Source of the DNA: Octopus bimaculoides
Taxonomy: Eukaryota
Assembly: GCF_001194135.2 (NCBI RefSeq)
Contig: NC_068988.1
Location: 53,867,123-53,931,122, forward strand
Length of the DNA: 64,000 bases
Reading direction: 5' to 3'
Notes under the pieces: model-generated
Told to the model about the DNA's origin: nothing
The model's input: only the letters and a program-made list of their open reading frames with translations
Database searches by the model: none
Translations under genes and position numbers: made by a program
In this document: positions 1 through 13,290 of the stretch, piece by piece
How positions within the stretch are numbered: the first letter of the stretch is position 1
How the letters are laid out: the number at the start of each line of letters is the position of its first letter

Positions 1-78
1 CACGCATTTTTAACATTTTCTATTCTTTATTCTTAGTGACGTTACTACGTTCCTCTGAATAAGTAACTCCAGGATTTA

Positions 79-80
<2 letters not shown>

Positions 81-122
<42 letters not shown>
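81..122. repeat. (TG)n microsatellite
   Basis: Read directly from the sequence. Confidence 0.95.
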
Positions 123-127
<5 letters not shown>

Positions 128-174
128 CGAGGCGGAGGTAAATATTGCCTATATAGGTATGTATGTTTGTATGT

Positions 175-1045
175 ATGTATGCATGTATGCCATTGTTCAG
201 TTTTATTTCAAGATTTCTTGCCAATAGAAAAATAGCCAGTTTCTAACCTAGATTCAAGGCTCCTTCAATAGAATTTCAACATCAGCAACAGGGTATTTTA
301 TGTATGTATACGTGCAGATTTGTATGTTTTTTCTCTGTATCCTCATGCATACAGTTGCATATCTAGACATGCCCATATATATTTAAATGATAAACCTCTG
401 GAAAATTTTACAGATTTCTACAGTTCCAGTGATGGATTGGATCTGTAGTCTTCGAATTAGCTTTCTCCTTTCTGGTTTTGAGAAGTCTAATTTCTCAAGA
501 TTGGTATTTAGACTGTGTGTTACATAGCCCAGGGCCTCAATAATGACAGGTATAAACCTGAACTTGTAATCTGGATAAAGTAAGTGCAGATTTCTCAATA
601 GTTCAGCGTAGGCGTTCTCTTTTTCACCGATCTTCAGTGCACAGTTTCTCTTCTCTCTCAAATTATTATATCAGGTCTGTTGTGCTTACATTTTATTGAG
701 GTCTTCACTGGTACATTCCATGAGTACTCTTTTTTTATTATGAGTGGTATGGCTTCTACCATACTGTGGGTTCTGATTTCATTATAGTGTCCTACCTACA
801 ACATCATGTCTTATTGGTAGATAATGCCGTGATGACATTTTCGGACAACTGCTTATGATGTGAGTAATATCTTTGGTGTTAATTCCATAAAGTCTGCATC
901 GGTTGTCACATTTTACTGCATTTCTTGCATCTCTATTCCTTTTGTGCATCAGGTACTAGGTTGATATTTCCTGTTCCTGGATTGCAAATGCATACCCCAA
1001 AGTGGGAGGTAGTAATCCAGCTATTGGTCCATGATAAACTACTTT
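175..1045 (-). mobile_element. 5'-truncated, decayed non-LTR retrotransposon with restriction-like endonuclease (R4/Dong/NeSL-like), C-terminal part plus 3'UTR
   Basis: Minus-strand translation: AIQEQEIST*YL...CRLY..KDITHIISSC (eroded CCHC knuckle), RHDVV, WNVPVKTSIKCKHNRPDIII (PD motif), then ORF 383-661 with KENAYAEL...FIPVIIEALG...LQIQSITGTVEICK. Contains stops and frameshifts and ends in microsatellite. Confidence 0.8.
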
Positions 1046-1950
1046 GATGATCTATCTATCTAGCTAGCTAAGCTATCTACACACACACAGACGTGTGTGT
1101 GTGTAATTTTCTTGGTATCAGGTGAATGTTGGCGACAGGAAGTTCATCAAGCTGTAGAAAATCTGCTTCAACAAATTCTGTCTGACCCTTGCAATCATGG
1201 AAAAGTGGTTGTTAAATATATATGTGTGTGATGAATTTTATCCAAAACTGTTGGCCATCACTTTTGTAACCTCTTTACACTCCCTCCCACTCCATTTTCC
1301 CTACCATTAGCAAGCTGTTTAGTGTTTTATTATAGTTTAATCAACTTCCTACCACACGTCACCTCCTACGAACATCACCAATTTTCTCTTTTGATCCCAC
1401 ATTTCCCCCTCTTCTCCCTTGGCCCCAGTCTACTCCCCTATTTCTGTTTTTATTGGCAATGAATACATTTATTATTCAACAGGTTCCCATTTTCACAAAT
1501 TATAATACCACCAGCCTTTATGAGCTGTTTCATGTTCCTAATTAGTTTGTTCTTGTTGTGGTGGTAGAAATGCTAATGATGATCCATGTGATGGGCTGTG
1601 GTGCAAGCAATGATGCGTGTGTGTGTGTGAGAGAAAGAGAGACATGCTTGGTCAAAGCTTTTTACAGAGCCATCTTTAATTGTAGGGACTAGTTTGAGTG
1701 AGATTTGGTTAACTCCAGCTGACCTAGTGACTGTATGGATGCTTCATCTTTGCCTTTGCTTTTTATGTCTGTTTCCCCCTGCTTGCATGAGTATGTAATT
1801 GAGGCATTATTTACTACCAGATGCACTTATTGCAAACCCATAACTGCTTCTCTCCTAAGTTACAGGGATGTAAACAAACCAACACCAGTTATCAAGCAGT
1901 GGTGCTTGGGCAAACGCAAAGACATATGCATTCATATATTGCACACACAA

Positions 1951-1985
<35 letters not shown>

Positions 1986-4649
1986 CTTTCTACCAAATTC
2001 ACTCACAAGGCACTGATTGATCCAGGGCTATAATAGAAGACACTTGCCCAAGGTACCACGAAGAGGGACTGAACCCAAAATCATTTGGTTGCAAAACAAG
2101 CTTCTTAAACACAATCACCTATATGTTTCCTAAAGTAACTATTCTCTCTGTGCACCCTTTGATCAAATGGGTTTTCAGTGATGATCTCATTACCCTTTTC
2201 CAAACATAATAATACATTTAAACCCTTTTGTTATACTCCAGTTGGAACACACTGCTTTTATTTCAGTTAATTTTGAAACCACTGAAGAATTTAGTGTAAT
2301 AACTTCTTCACTATTAAGCTGGTGTTTGAACTATGAATTAACATAAATTTTTAATGGAAGATTTAAATTTAGATTACTTTAAAATCTGAAGTTTTTATCA
2401 GAGAGACAGGGGCAGTCTCAGGTGGGTTGGTATCAGAAGGATTAAGACTACATTATCTAATGTGTCCTCTTTTTAAGATCATAGCATATAATGTGAATGA
2501 AATTCAGCTCTATTCCTAGCCAGTACTGTGACTGACTGTGTAGAATCTCTGGAGGTCCATAGCAGCTAGTTAGAATCACCTATCTAAAGTTATATGCATA
2601 ATTTTCACTGGTCCCAAATCTACAAATTTTGTAATTATTATTACAGTAATTATATATTATTTACTATGCAACATATAATTACAAGCATAGCATCTTTTAA
2701 GTTATAATTATATGGTAGAAGCCTGTTACAGTCTGCAAATTGTATGTCAACTGTCTTTAAATGTGGATATTAGTGTTAGATGTGGTTGGAAGCTGTTGGA
2801 TTTGTATCATGAGGATTACTGATATTGTAAAGATACATACATGAATTAAAGTTTTATACTTGTCAAATTTTATGTAAGAAATATAAGGGACTGCTAAAAA
2901 AAGGTTCCCCACTCCCCATATGAATGAAATGTCAACTATTTCTAAATGATTTAGATTGATCATAGTTACATGGGGTGCATACCTGTCATCTCTAGCTGTT
3001 ATTTATCTCTTGGTCACTTGATTCAGTAGATGATCCTTGACATTCCCACCTTGATTAACCCACTGTAATTTAAAGTAGTGTATCTTGGTACTTGAAAATT
3101 TTTTTGAAATTTGTTTTGACCTGTCTCAATGAGGATATTATCAAATAAGTTTTATTGAGTTTGTTCTTGTATTTCTTCACCCATTTTAGTCCACAGCTGC
3201 TCATAACAATATATGATAGCAATCTGCTATTACTTACTGCTTTGTTGCCAATAGTTGATTTATTGTGAACTCAATTATTTTCAAGTGGTTTTAATCTAAA
3301 CTTAATGACCATTTATTTCAGACATAAAAAGAAAAAAACAACATCTCTGACAGGCAATAAGCTGTCATCAATAATCTTTCTGCTGTTTCATTTAGCTTTT
3401 GCATCCTGGTTCTTGTTAATTAGTTCAAGGTAAAGTTAGTTGTTGTGGCATAGTCTGATGGTACATCTTAATTAAACAATATTTGATGAGATTTCCTGTT
3501 TCCATGTTTTATTCAAACTTTACACTTTTTTAAAAGTGGGGAGAAATTTTCTTGTGGTTTTGAACTGAAGCATTTTAGACATTCAAACAGTGTATCATTT
3601 AGTACAATCTGCTCGTTTACTTATACAACACTTAAAGCATACATTGAAGTGTGTTATTTTTTTTCTGTGCAGCACATCAAAACAACATGTAGAGTGCAAC
3701 ACATCATAATATGTTATTTAGTATCATTTAGTTTTGTTACTATATAACACAACTGAAAAACATTCTCTGAGTTATGACACTGGTGCACTGAAAGGTTGGT
3801 TATCGAGGTGCTCCACTGATTTTTAAATATATGGTCTGAGATTTAGAAAATATATGTTAATGCTTAAGCATCTTGAAAAACCTGTTATTCACCGTTTTGC
3901 TTTATCTTTTACTTGTTTTAGTTATTAGACTGTGGCCATGCTGAAGCACTCCCTTGAATTTTTAGTCGAATTAATCAACCCCAATACTTTTTTAAAAGCT
4001 GGTGCTTATCAATCACTTTTGCTAAACTACTAAGTTATGGGGATGCAAACATACCAACACTGGTTGTCAAGCAGCAGTGGTGGTGGTGGGGGACAAAGAC
4101 ATACACACAAATATATATATAGGTGTATGTAATGGGCTTTTTAGTTTCTCTCTACCAAATCCACTCACAAGGCTTTGAGTGACTTGAGGCTATAGTAGAC
4201 AGTTGCCCAAGGTAGCACACAATGGGAGTGAAGCTGGACTCGTGGTTGGGAAGCAATCTTCTTACCACATACCCATGCCTGCACCTGCATAAGTATGATT
4301 AACAAAATGAGGCAAACTAATAGTTTTCCATTCTTTCCCTAGAATTTTACCTTCAAAACATTGTTTTTTTTTTTTGTAACTTTACATATGAGATGTGTGT
4401 AATGTTTCACTTCCCACAAAATGATCAGTAATGTTTTGTAAGTTCTCCAGCATAGTCAAAAGCTTAAGAAATCTTGAAATAGATATTGGAGTGTGTTATT
4501 TTGTCTCCTTCCCAAATAAAACACAGCTGAACAACACATCAGGTACACATCATAATGTGCGTATGTTTGTTATTTTGTGTGCTACAAAAAAACTAAAAGA
4601 CTGCTACAGAATTAAGCCAATTCAAATATAAATGATGAGGAAGATACAC

Positions 4650-5200
4650 GTGAGGTTCATTATGTCGGAATTATCGTAAAGTTAGTGGTCACCATATGGT
4701 GGTCTGCGAAGGGGGTTAGTCATTTATTCATTTTTGCAACAAGGAAAAATAGTAACACCAATGTCATATTGCTCAGAAATTGATTGTATGCATAAGAATT
4801 TGAAAAAGAAGCAACCCAGACTAGCAAATAGAGATGGCCCAATTTTGCTCCTCAACAATGCATGTCCTCACACTTCTCAGGCTGTCCAAAAGTTGCACAG
4901 CCTGAATCATGAGATTTTGCAACATCCTCCTTATTTCCCCTGGTATCTCTCCTACTGATTATCACTTATTTGAGCATTTTCATATGCAATAAAACATTCT
5001 TAAATAGAGAAGAAGTAATTGAAGCATTCGGACAGTTTATCACAGCAAAATATGAAATTTCTTCAAAGATGGCATATATGATTTAGAGAAACATTGAGCA
5101 AAAGTCATAAATGAACATGGATCATACTTTGATTAAATAAATCAGTTCTCTAACATTTTTATTGTTACCTTTGAAAGACATTCCCTGTGTGACAACCTAA
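4650..5200 (+). mobile_element. Mariner transposase C-terminal remnant with 3' TIR
   Basis: Translations include VTIWWSAKG, GPILLLNNACPH (HDNARPH-like) and HPPYFP..SPTDYHLF (YSPDLAPSDYHLF-like). The end gacaacctaa|TA matches TTAGGTTG-type mariner TIRs. Confidence 0.8.
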
Positions 5201-5514
5201 TATTTTTGAATAGTTAGGAGCATACTGCTTTTTATGGTTATATATATTCATGATGGAAAAGTCATAAAAAATGTTACTGCCACCATTTTGCCAAAGTAGG
5301 ACCCAATGTGTTCTTATTATTTATTTACAAATATTCAAATTGTTTCCTTTTTGCTGCCTGCAATGGCACATGCGCCTGGCAATAGCAAAGTTTCTAAATA
5401 GCCATTTAACTTCTTGCATATAGCACCCAGCGTACTCTGTATATTCTTCAATAAGCTTATTAAGCATTTAACCACTCATACCTTTCACAGAATCCACATT
5501 GTGTGTGTACATGA

Positions 5515-5545
<31 letters not shown>

Positions 5546-8500
5546 CTCTCTCTCTTTATCTCCTACACATTCTCACTTACATCCATATAAATATAGAACC
5601 TATAAACTAGGGCACAAAGAGACCTGAAGCATAACTGGAGAAGAAAGGGCTTGAATGGGTACAAAATGACTGATTAATTAACCAAGAAATCAAACAATTG
5701 ATTAGTTAATTAGTTAAATGAACTAATTGACTAGTAATACTAAAAGAATTGAAAAAGAACCAGTGATCTATCTTGAGATAGAACAAAAACTTATCTTTAA
5801 ATGGAGTTGCATGATTTAGTCTTTTAAAAACTTTATTGTAAAAACATTAATAAAATTGACAGGACCAAGGAAAAGAAGAGTTTTAAAAATTCTGTATTAA
5901 AAAAAATCTGTACTTTATAGATATTTTTTTTTTTCTTAAGAAATTAGCCTTTTCTTTCTGGCATAGAATTTGGCAGGACTGATAAATTCACTTTGTCATC
6001 TTGTAGAGCTTAGATTTAACCCTTTAACATTGAAACCAGCTATATTCAACCCAAATATTCTACTTGTTTTGTGTTCGAGCTGGCCAAATTTGGTCTCTCA
6101 TACCTACCCTACAGTGTCATTCTAGAAAGAGAAAAAAGTCACATCATTGGACTCTTGAAGCAGTGTGATAATACATGATTGATTTAGAACAATGTAAATA
6201 AATAAGCATTACATTTGACAGAGTAATCTGAATGCTACACAATTACAAATACCAATGTAGTGTTTTGCTTGATAAGATACCTCCATGTCAGAAGTTTACT
6301 GAAGTAAATTTGACTACTGTTATCACTAATAATTATCTGATTGTGATTGTTAATGAATACTGCTTTATGTTGCTTTGCTTCACTTGTACACACTTGTTGA
6401 AGCAGTTGCGGAATATCTTAAATAATAAGTTAGCTAAAAATATAGGTCAGTGACTGAGGAACTTAAGTATGAAGAAATAACACAAATACTATATTGATGA
6501 CATATAGATATTTACTATATCTAATTGGGTGCCAATTGGAATTAAGCTATTAATAGTTCATGTTTACTTTCTCATTATCACTAAGATTCTAAACGGGCAA
6601 TAAAAAGAATGTTGTGCTAATTAAAAGTCATGCAACATACCAACATTTCTTCAAATCATTACAAGCACACAAAATTATGAGGGAAAACAAATGTAAAAAA
6701 AAATAGAAAATAACAAATAAGGGCATTTATTGTTTTACATCAGTTTTTCTTGTTTGCATGGCTGAGATGATTTTAATTGATGTAGTTATTTTTACAGCTG
6801 AATGCCTTAATTGCTTCAGTCATGCAGTAGGAATGAAATTTATTGGTCAAGCAAACCACCATATTTTCTAGCATGCAAGCCAACATAGTGTATAGCATAA
6901 TTTTTGGTCCTTCAAAATCATATTTGTGTGTCAACCTACCTTTTATGACTAAATTTTGGTTTGGAAATTTTGACTTGTATGTCAGAAAATATGGTAACAC
7001 AGAGAGAGACACATGTTGCAATGACTATAGTGAAGTTTCAGTTCCTGACCATGTTAGTCAGTTTAACAGAATTACCACAAACTGTAAACATAGTTGAATG
7101 TAATTTTTTTGTCAAATGTTCAAAGTGTATAAATGACAGGATGTTAAAGTGTTTGAATACTGATAATACGGTTTTAAATTTAGATCTTTCTACATCTTCT
7201 GGGTTGTTTTCCCATGAGTATGACACCTATCCATGCTCTAAGTTTGCTTGACTGAATAAAAAGACATATACCACTCCCTACTTCATAGTGCAATGATTTG
7301 CAAGTAGGATGAGCATCCTAAGCTAGCATTTGTTTTGACAAATCAACTACCCCATTCATTAAAAGAATGAATAATCCATGTAAAAATACAAAAAGGAATA
7401 CACCAAATAGAAAAAAATAATGAAGCAAGCTCTAACACATTGTTCATGTATGTGATGATTTCCTCCTATAAAATATCCCATTGCAGAATCATACTATTTT
7501 ATTATTTCTCTGAGAAATGGCTATAATTTTTCCTTTGTAATTTATTGTTTCCATGAGCTGCAACCTGGGTAACTAACAATTACAAGCAGGTCTAAGTTAC
7601 AGATAGTTATGATGGTTGATATCATTACTCTGTTTGGCAATATGCAGAGATTTATTAATAACATGTCAGCTAGTCTCAACCTTTTCTGTTTATCATTAGA
7701 AATTATTGATTGAATGAGGCTAACTTTATATGGCTAAAGTCATGAACAATGTTTTAATATGCAATTAGCACTTGCAACATTGTATTATCTTGACAGCTCA
7801 AATTCCAACAGCATTATTTCCTTGTGATTTCTTCAAACCAGAGTAAATTGCTACTGTTGTTTCTTCAACTTTTCAACACCTTCCTGATCTCAGTTGTTCC
7901 AATAATGTACTAATTTTTCTGTCAAACTACTACTGACAGCAAAGATGGTTGATGGATCATTGCATGTTTGAAATTCAGTGATTGTAGCATGTCTGAATAC
8001 ACTAACAATCAGTGATAACTATAATAATTGTCTCTAATTTAGCCACAAAGCCAGTAGTTTTAAAGGGAGTTGATTAAAACCATTCCAATACTTGACTGGT
8101 ACTTAATCTTTATTGACCGTAGAAAATTCAAAAGGCTAAGTTGAACTCAGGATGTTAAGAACTGGTATTTTGTCTGTTTCCACTAATTCTCTGATCCAAT
8201 AATAAAAATGGTTGTTGCTAATATACCCACAGTGCCTGAACTTCAGTGGAGGGGCTAATTTATTATATTATCCTCAGTATTTTCCCAGCCCTGAATGGAT
8301 GAAAGGCAATGTTGGCTTCAATGGGATTAATGATGGTGGTGGTGGCAGCGACGACAATGATAATATCCCTAAAGATTTGAACAGATGGATAGAGGAAATA
8401 GGCATAAAACTTGGTTTAGTGCAGCTCCAGAAAACAGTATTTATTAAGGACAGCTAGGATTCTTATGAAGGTTCTTGGCATCTAACGTTACTTGTTGTAG

Positions 8501-10160
8501 CCTAATGTTAGGAATTCTTCTTTGGGGAGGGGGCCAGTCGATTAGCTCGACTCAGTATGCAACTGGTACTTAATTTATCGACCCCGAAAGGATGAAAGGC
8601 AAAGTTGACCTTGGTGGAATTTGAACTTGGAACTTAAAGACAAACAAAATACCGTTAAGCATTTTGCCCGGCGTGCTAACATTTCTGTCAGCTCACTGCC
8701 TTACTCTTTTAATGTATTAATTTAACACTGTTTAATCCTATAGCGTTATGTTAAATGTAATACCCATTGTTTTGTATTAAATAAGCATTATCTTGTTGCT
8801 TTGAGATTTCAATGATATGATTGCATGTTTTTATGATGCCATTGTAGGGTAGGTGTAAGAGACCAGATTTTGACAGCTTTAATATAAAACAATATGTAGG
8901 CCAAATATTACCAGTTTGAAAGCTAAAGGGTTAAAGTGATTCCCTAGTGAGCCAGTTGATATGTATTTTTGATAACTTTACACAAAAGATGCAGCTTTGT
9001 TCCAATGTCTGTTACAGCCTTTTTGATGAAATATTTTTACATGTTCTTCAATCCGAATTCAGTTTTAATCGTCAAATATGTATAATACACTACAGATTAC
9101 ATCGGTCATACTGAGTTGAAACTAATACAAACTGAGTGGGAGTGAGTGACAGAGATTCGAAATGCAGACAAACTGTAATGAGATATTTTGTTGTAAAGTT
9201 GCTAATATTTTGATTAAAAAGAAACTAAATTTTTATTGTAAATTATATTTATTTTATCATTTTCACACACACACACACACATACATGCAAGCACACACAC
9301 ACACACACATGCACACACACACACACACACACACACATGAAATTAAATATTAAACTCTTGTTTTCAACATATTATCTCTCACGTAACATCTATAGATTAT
9401 ATATATTTCATTTTTTGCTTTCTTCTTTTTTGGCCATTTTTCCATGCTTGCCTTGTTTTGAAACTAACCCATATTTCTTTTTCTAAGTAAAGGATAAAAC
9501 ATTCACAAATTGCAGTGAATGTAACACAAAGGGTTACATGAAATAAAAACTATATTGTGAAGGATTATCTTTTCTTTTACTTGTTTCAGTCATTTATCTG
9601 TGGCCATGCTGGGGTACTGCCTTGAATTTGTAGTCGAACAAATCAAACCCAGGACTTATTTCTTTTTAAGTCTGGTACTGATTCTATTGGCCTCTTTTTG
9701 CTGAACTACTAAGATATGGGGACATAAACATACTAACACCAGTTGTCAAGCGGCGGAAGGGGAGACACACACACACACAACAGAACAGGCTTCTTTCAGT
9801 TTCCATCTACCCAAGGTGCTATGCAGTGGGACTGATCCTGGACCCATGTGATTGAGAAACAAAGCTTACCACACAGCCCCATATAATTCATTAAACATTG
9901 TAAATCTGATTTATTTTCAAATTAGTATCCTTGAAAGTGGAAATTTTAAAGCATCATATTTTGTTTTATATTATTAGTCTTATTTGGTACAGTTTTATTT
10001 AGAACATAAACTCAAGACCACTTAATTAATCTTGTAAAATATATAATGATGAATGTTTCTGCGGGCTACTTTTTAAGAATCTTTACTTAGCTCTGTGTTT
10101 ATAATTGAAATGGAAGAGAGACAAATCTTCCCTTGGACTGAATGTGGTTATTATTTTCAG

Positions 10161-10237
10161 ATGATTTGATAGAATGTAATATGTAGTATTCTATACTCAG
10201 AATGACAGTGAAATAACAACAGGAGATTTGAACTCCT
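10161..10237 (+). other. Candidate upstream 5'UTR exon with several minimal uORFs
   Basis: Acceptor ttattattttcag and donor CCT|gtaagt at 10238; 77 nt; contains ATG-ATT-TGA, ATG-TAA and ATG-TAG. Confidence 0.33.
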
Positions 10238-11316
10238 GTAAGTATGTAACCCATTCAATATCTTGTCCACTCAATCACTTCAACTACCTCTACCTTTGAC
10301 TGCAAGATTTGCTTCTCTGTTATCTTATCAATCAGCTGCCACTTCTTTGTGAACTGTTTCAATATTAACTTGCGATGAGACTGCATCTGGTCTTTTGATT
10401 AACCTTGTGTTCAAAACTCCAGTTTAAGTGCAGTTAACGATAAGGTTTTATGTTGTTCTACATTCCTCATTATTTTCAAGATTAGTTGAAATATGCAAGC
10501 AACTAACTATGAATAGTATTTGTGGAACAACTTAAAAAATAAGCATGCAAAACAAGCATGGAAAATAAGCAACTTCAAAAATTTAGAATATATTTCCACA
10601 TTGAGATATTTCATGAGAAAATGGTAGATGTCACACAGCTATGCCTTTCTCAAAGTCATGGCATTATCAACCAATAATTGACGATACATTGTAAGATTAG
10701 TTCATTGAAGGTTGCTACAAATGGAATAAATAAAAAATTAAGCTTTGTTTTCATTTTGTTTATAATTGTACAAATGTGTGTTCTCATAGCTAGTTCATTG
10801 ATTAAGCATCTTGTGAGGAACTATTTCATTCATACATAACATCTGGAAAAAAAAATGTTAGAACAAAAGAATAGAGGTTTAGTGAGAATAAAAGCTCTCC
10901 AAAAAACTATTGTCTCAGGAAAAATAAATTTAAAGTATTTCTTGGTATTCTTCATCAGATTTTTTAATCAATAAAATCCATAGACTTGGTGCTGGGATAT
11001 TACAATAGATTATTACAGATTAAAGACTGCTTTTTCTACACAGCATAATGCATTTAAAGTAGGCATTATCATTGATAGTAGTAGTAGCGGTGGTGGTGGC
11101 AGTAACAGCAGGGGATGCAAGCCCTTGCTAATATGAATGAAGTGGTCACATGATCAGCCACCAAGCCTTCAGTTGTCTCTGTATCTTGTCAATAATTGAA
11201 TGGCTGAGGCCGTAATAGTCATAATAAAGTCTTCCTACACTTTTGTTACATTCACTCTAGACTCTTTAGATGTCGTTGTGTGTAGTGGCTGTGTGTATAT
11301 ATCTCTAGTGTATGGG

Positions 11317-11317
<1 letters not shown>

Positions 11318-11367
<50 letters not shown>
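11318..11367. repeat. (TA)n microsatellite
   Basis: Read directly from the sequence. Confidence 0.95.
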
Positions 11368-11369
<2 letters not shown>

Positions 11370-12309
11370 TACATTTATCTGATGTATATCTTGCTGGTGT
11401 GCATGTTTGTGTGTGTCGTGTATGCTTAGTAGGTGGTGGATGTTACATGTACTGTTTAATAGTTGTAGTCAGGATTAGGAATTGTTGTGTATGTGTTTGT
11501 GTGTGAATGTATGTGCTTGTGTGTGTGTTTGTGTGTATAAGAGAGAAATAGGGTTGGAAGTGACTCAATTTTTCTAGCTGAGATAACAAAAAGCTGCCTT
11601 GTAAGAAATATGCTGTAGTAAAGACTAACTGGTCATTAGAGACTATTTCAACTAATTACTGGAGATAAACATGTGTCTCCATGACAACTATCCATAATTA
11701 ATTTTACATCAATTACTTTATATCAACCACATTGCCCTTTTTATATTTTTGCTTGTTTTTACTTTTGTTATGTGGATGAAGACAGGTACAACTTTAAGGT
11801 GTCTGTATGTGTGGGGTAGGTTAGGTAGGGTTTATTTGATTCAGGGCCTGCAGACCATCAACCAGTGCTTATAACTGGCTGGAGTTGGTCAAACACATAT
11901 GATGCTTCCAGTCCACTGATTAAAATACTCTTTAATCTCTTGTTCTTCCTGTAGGCTGCTAGATGATGGGTGGTGGTGGTGGTGGTGGTGGTGGTAGTGG
12001 TCATTGCAGCCTCCTCATCATGGTGGTCATTGTGGTGCTGAGGATAACTGTGGTGGTAGTGGTATTGATGTCGATGATAGAGATGATGGGCGATTGTGGT
12101 GATTGGTCTGGTGAAGGTTGTGGCTTTGCTGCTGCTGATAGAATTGGTGGTGGTGGTGGTGGAGGAGAGCAATACAAAAGTTGATACTTGTGGTGTGAGT
12201 GCTGAATATAGCTTACAGCTGCAAATGTGATTTGTGTTGACAGATAACAGCATAGTGATGCACATTGCATGTATGCGTGCACACATGATATCTGGACGTA
12301 ATTTGTATC

Positions 12310-12765
12310 AGCAAATAATAATAATGATAATAATAATCCTTTCTACTATAGGCACAAAGCCTGAAGTTTTGGGGGACTTGGTAGTCAATTAATAACATTA
12401 ACCCCAGTGCTCAACTAGTACTTGTTTTATTGACCATGGAAGGAGAAAAGGCAAAGTCTACTTTGGCAGAATTTGAATTCAGAACATAAAGATGGACAAA
12501 ATGCTATTAAACATTTTGTCTGACATGCTAACGATTCTGCCTGCTCACCACCTTAGTAATAATAATGGTTTCAGATTTTGTCACTAGGGCAGTAATTTTG
12601 GGGGAGGGGATGAGTCGATTTCATCAATCCTGGTATTCAACTGGTACTTATTTTATCGACCCTGAAAGGATGAAAGGGAAAGCCAACCTTGGTAGAATTT
12701 GAACTCAGAATGTAGCGATGGGCAAAATACCTTTAAGCTAATGATTCTGTTCGCTTGCCGCCTTC

Positions 12766-12798
<33 letters not shown>

Positions 12799-13290
12799 GG
12801 CACAGCACACATCCTACGCAAGACACTTTCAATACAGTAACCATAAGAGCACCACAGCACATACCCAAGGCGCACAGAGCTGCGCTCGGTGGTGAAGTGA
12901 AAGCACGTTCTTTTATCTTAGGCACAAAGCTAGCAACTTTGAGGTGAAGTAGTTGAAGTTAGTTGAAACCATTGACCTCCAGTACTTAACTGGTACTTTA
13001 TTTATTGAACCCAGAAGGACGAAAGGCAATGCTGATCTTGACCAGATTTGAACTTGGAACATAATGGTTTGAAATAAATACTGCAAAGCATTTTGCTGAC
13101 ACTCCAATGATTCCCAGTCCACCACCCTTATAATAGTAACAATAATAGTTAATTGATTGCATTGAGATCCCTCTCCCTGGTGATCAGCTTTTGTACTTAT
13201 TTTATTAACCCCCAAAAGATTATTGGTAGAGTTGACCTTGTTGTAATTTGAACTCAGAATGCAGAGAGCCAGAAAAAGTGTTTGCCATAC
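12310..13290 (-). repeat. Tandem array of 4-5 SINE-A copies separated by (AAT)n
   Basis: Repeated gaaaggcaaagt...gaatttgaactcagaa cores near 12450, 12670, 13020 and 13240, all in the same orientation. Confidence 0.85.

Noticed and set aside
12310-13290. Repeat-spacer-like periodicity suggesting a CRISPR array
   Set aside because: Eukaryotic context; the units are 200-250-bp diverged SINEs and there are no cas genes.
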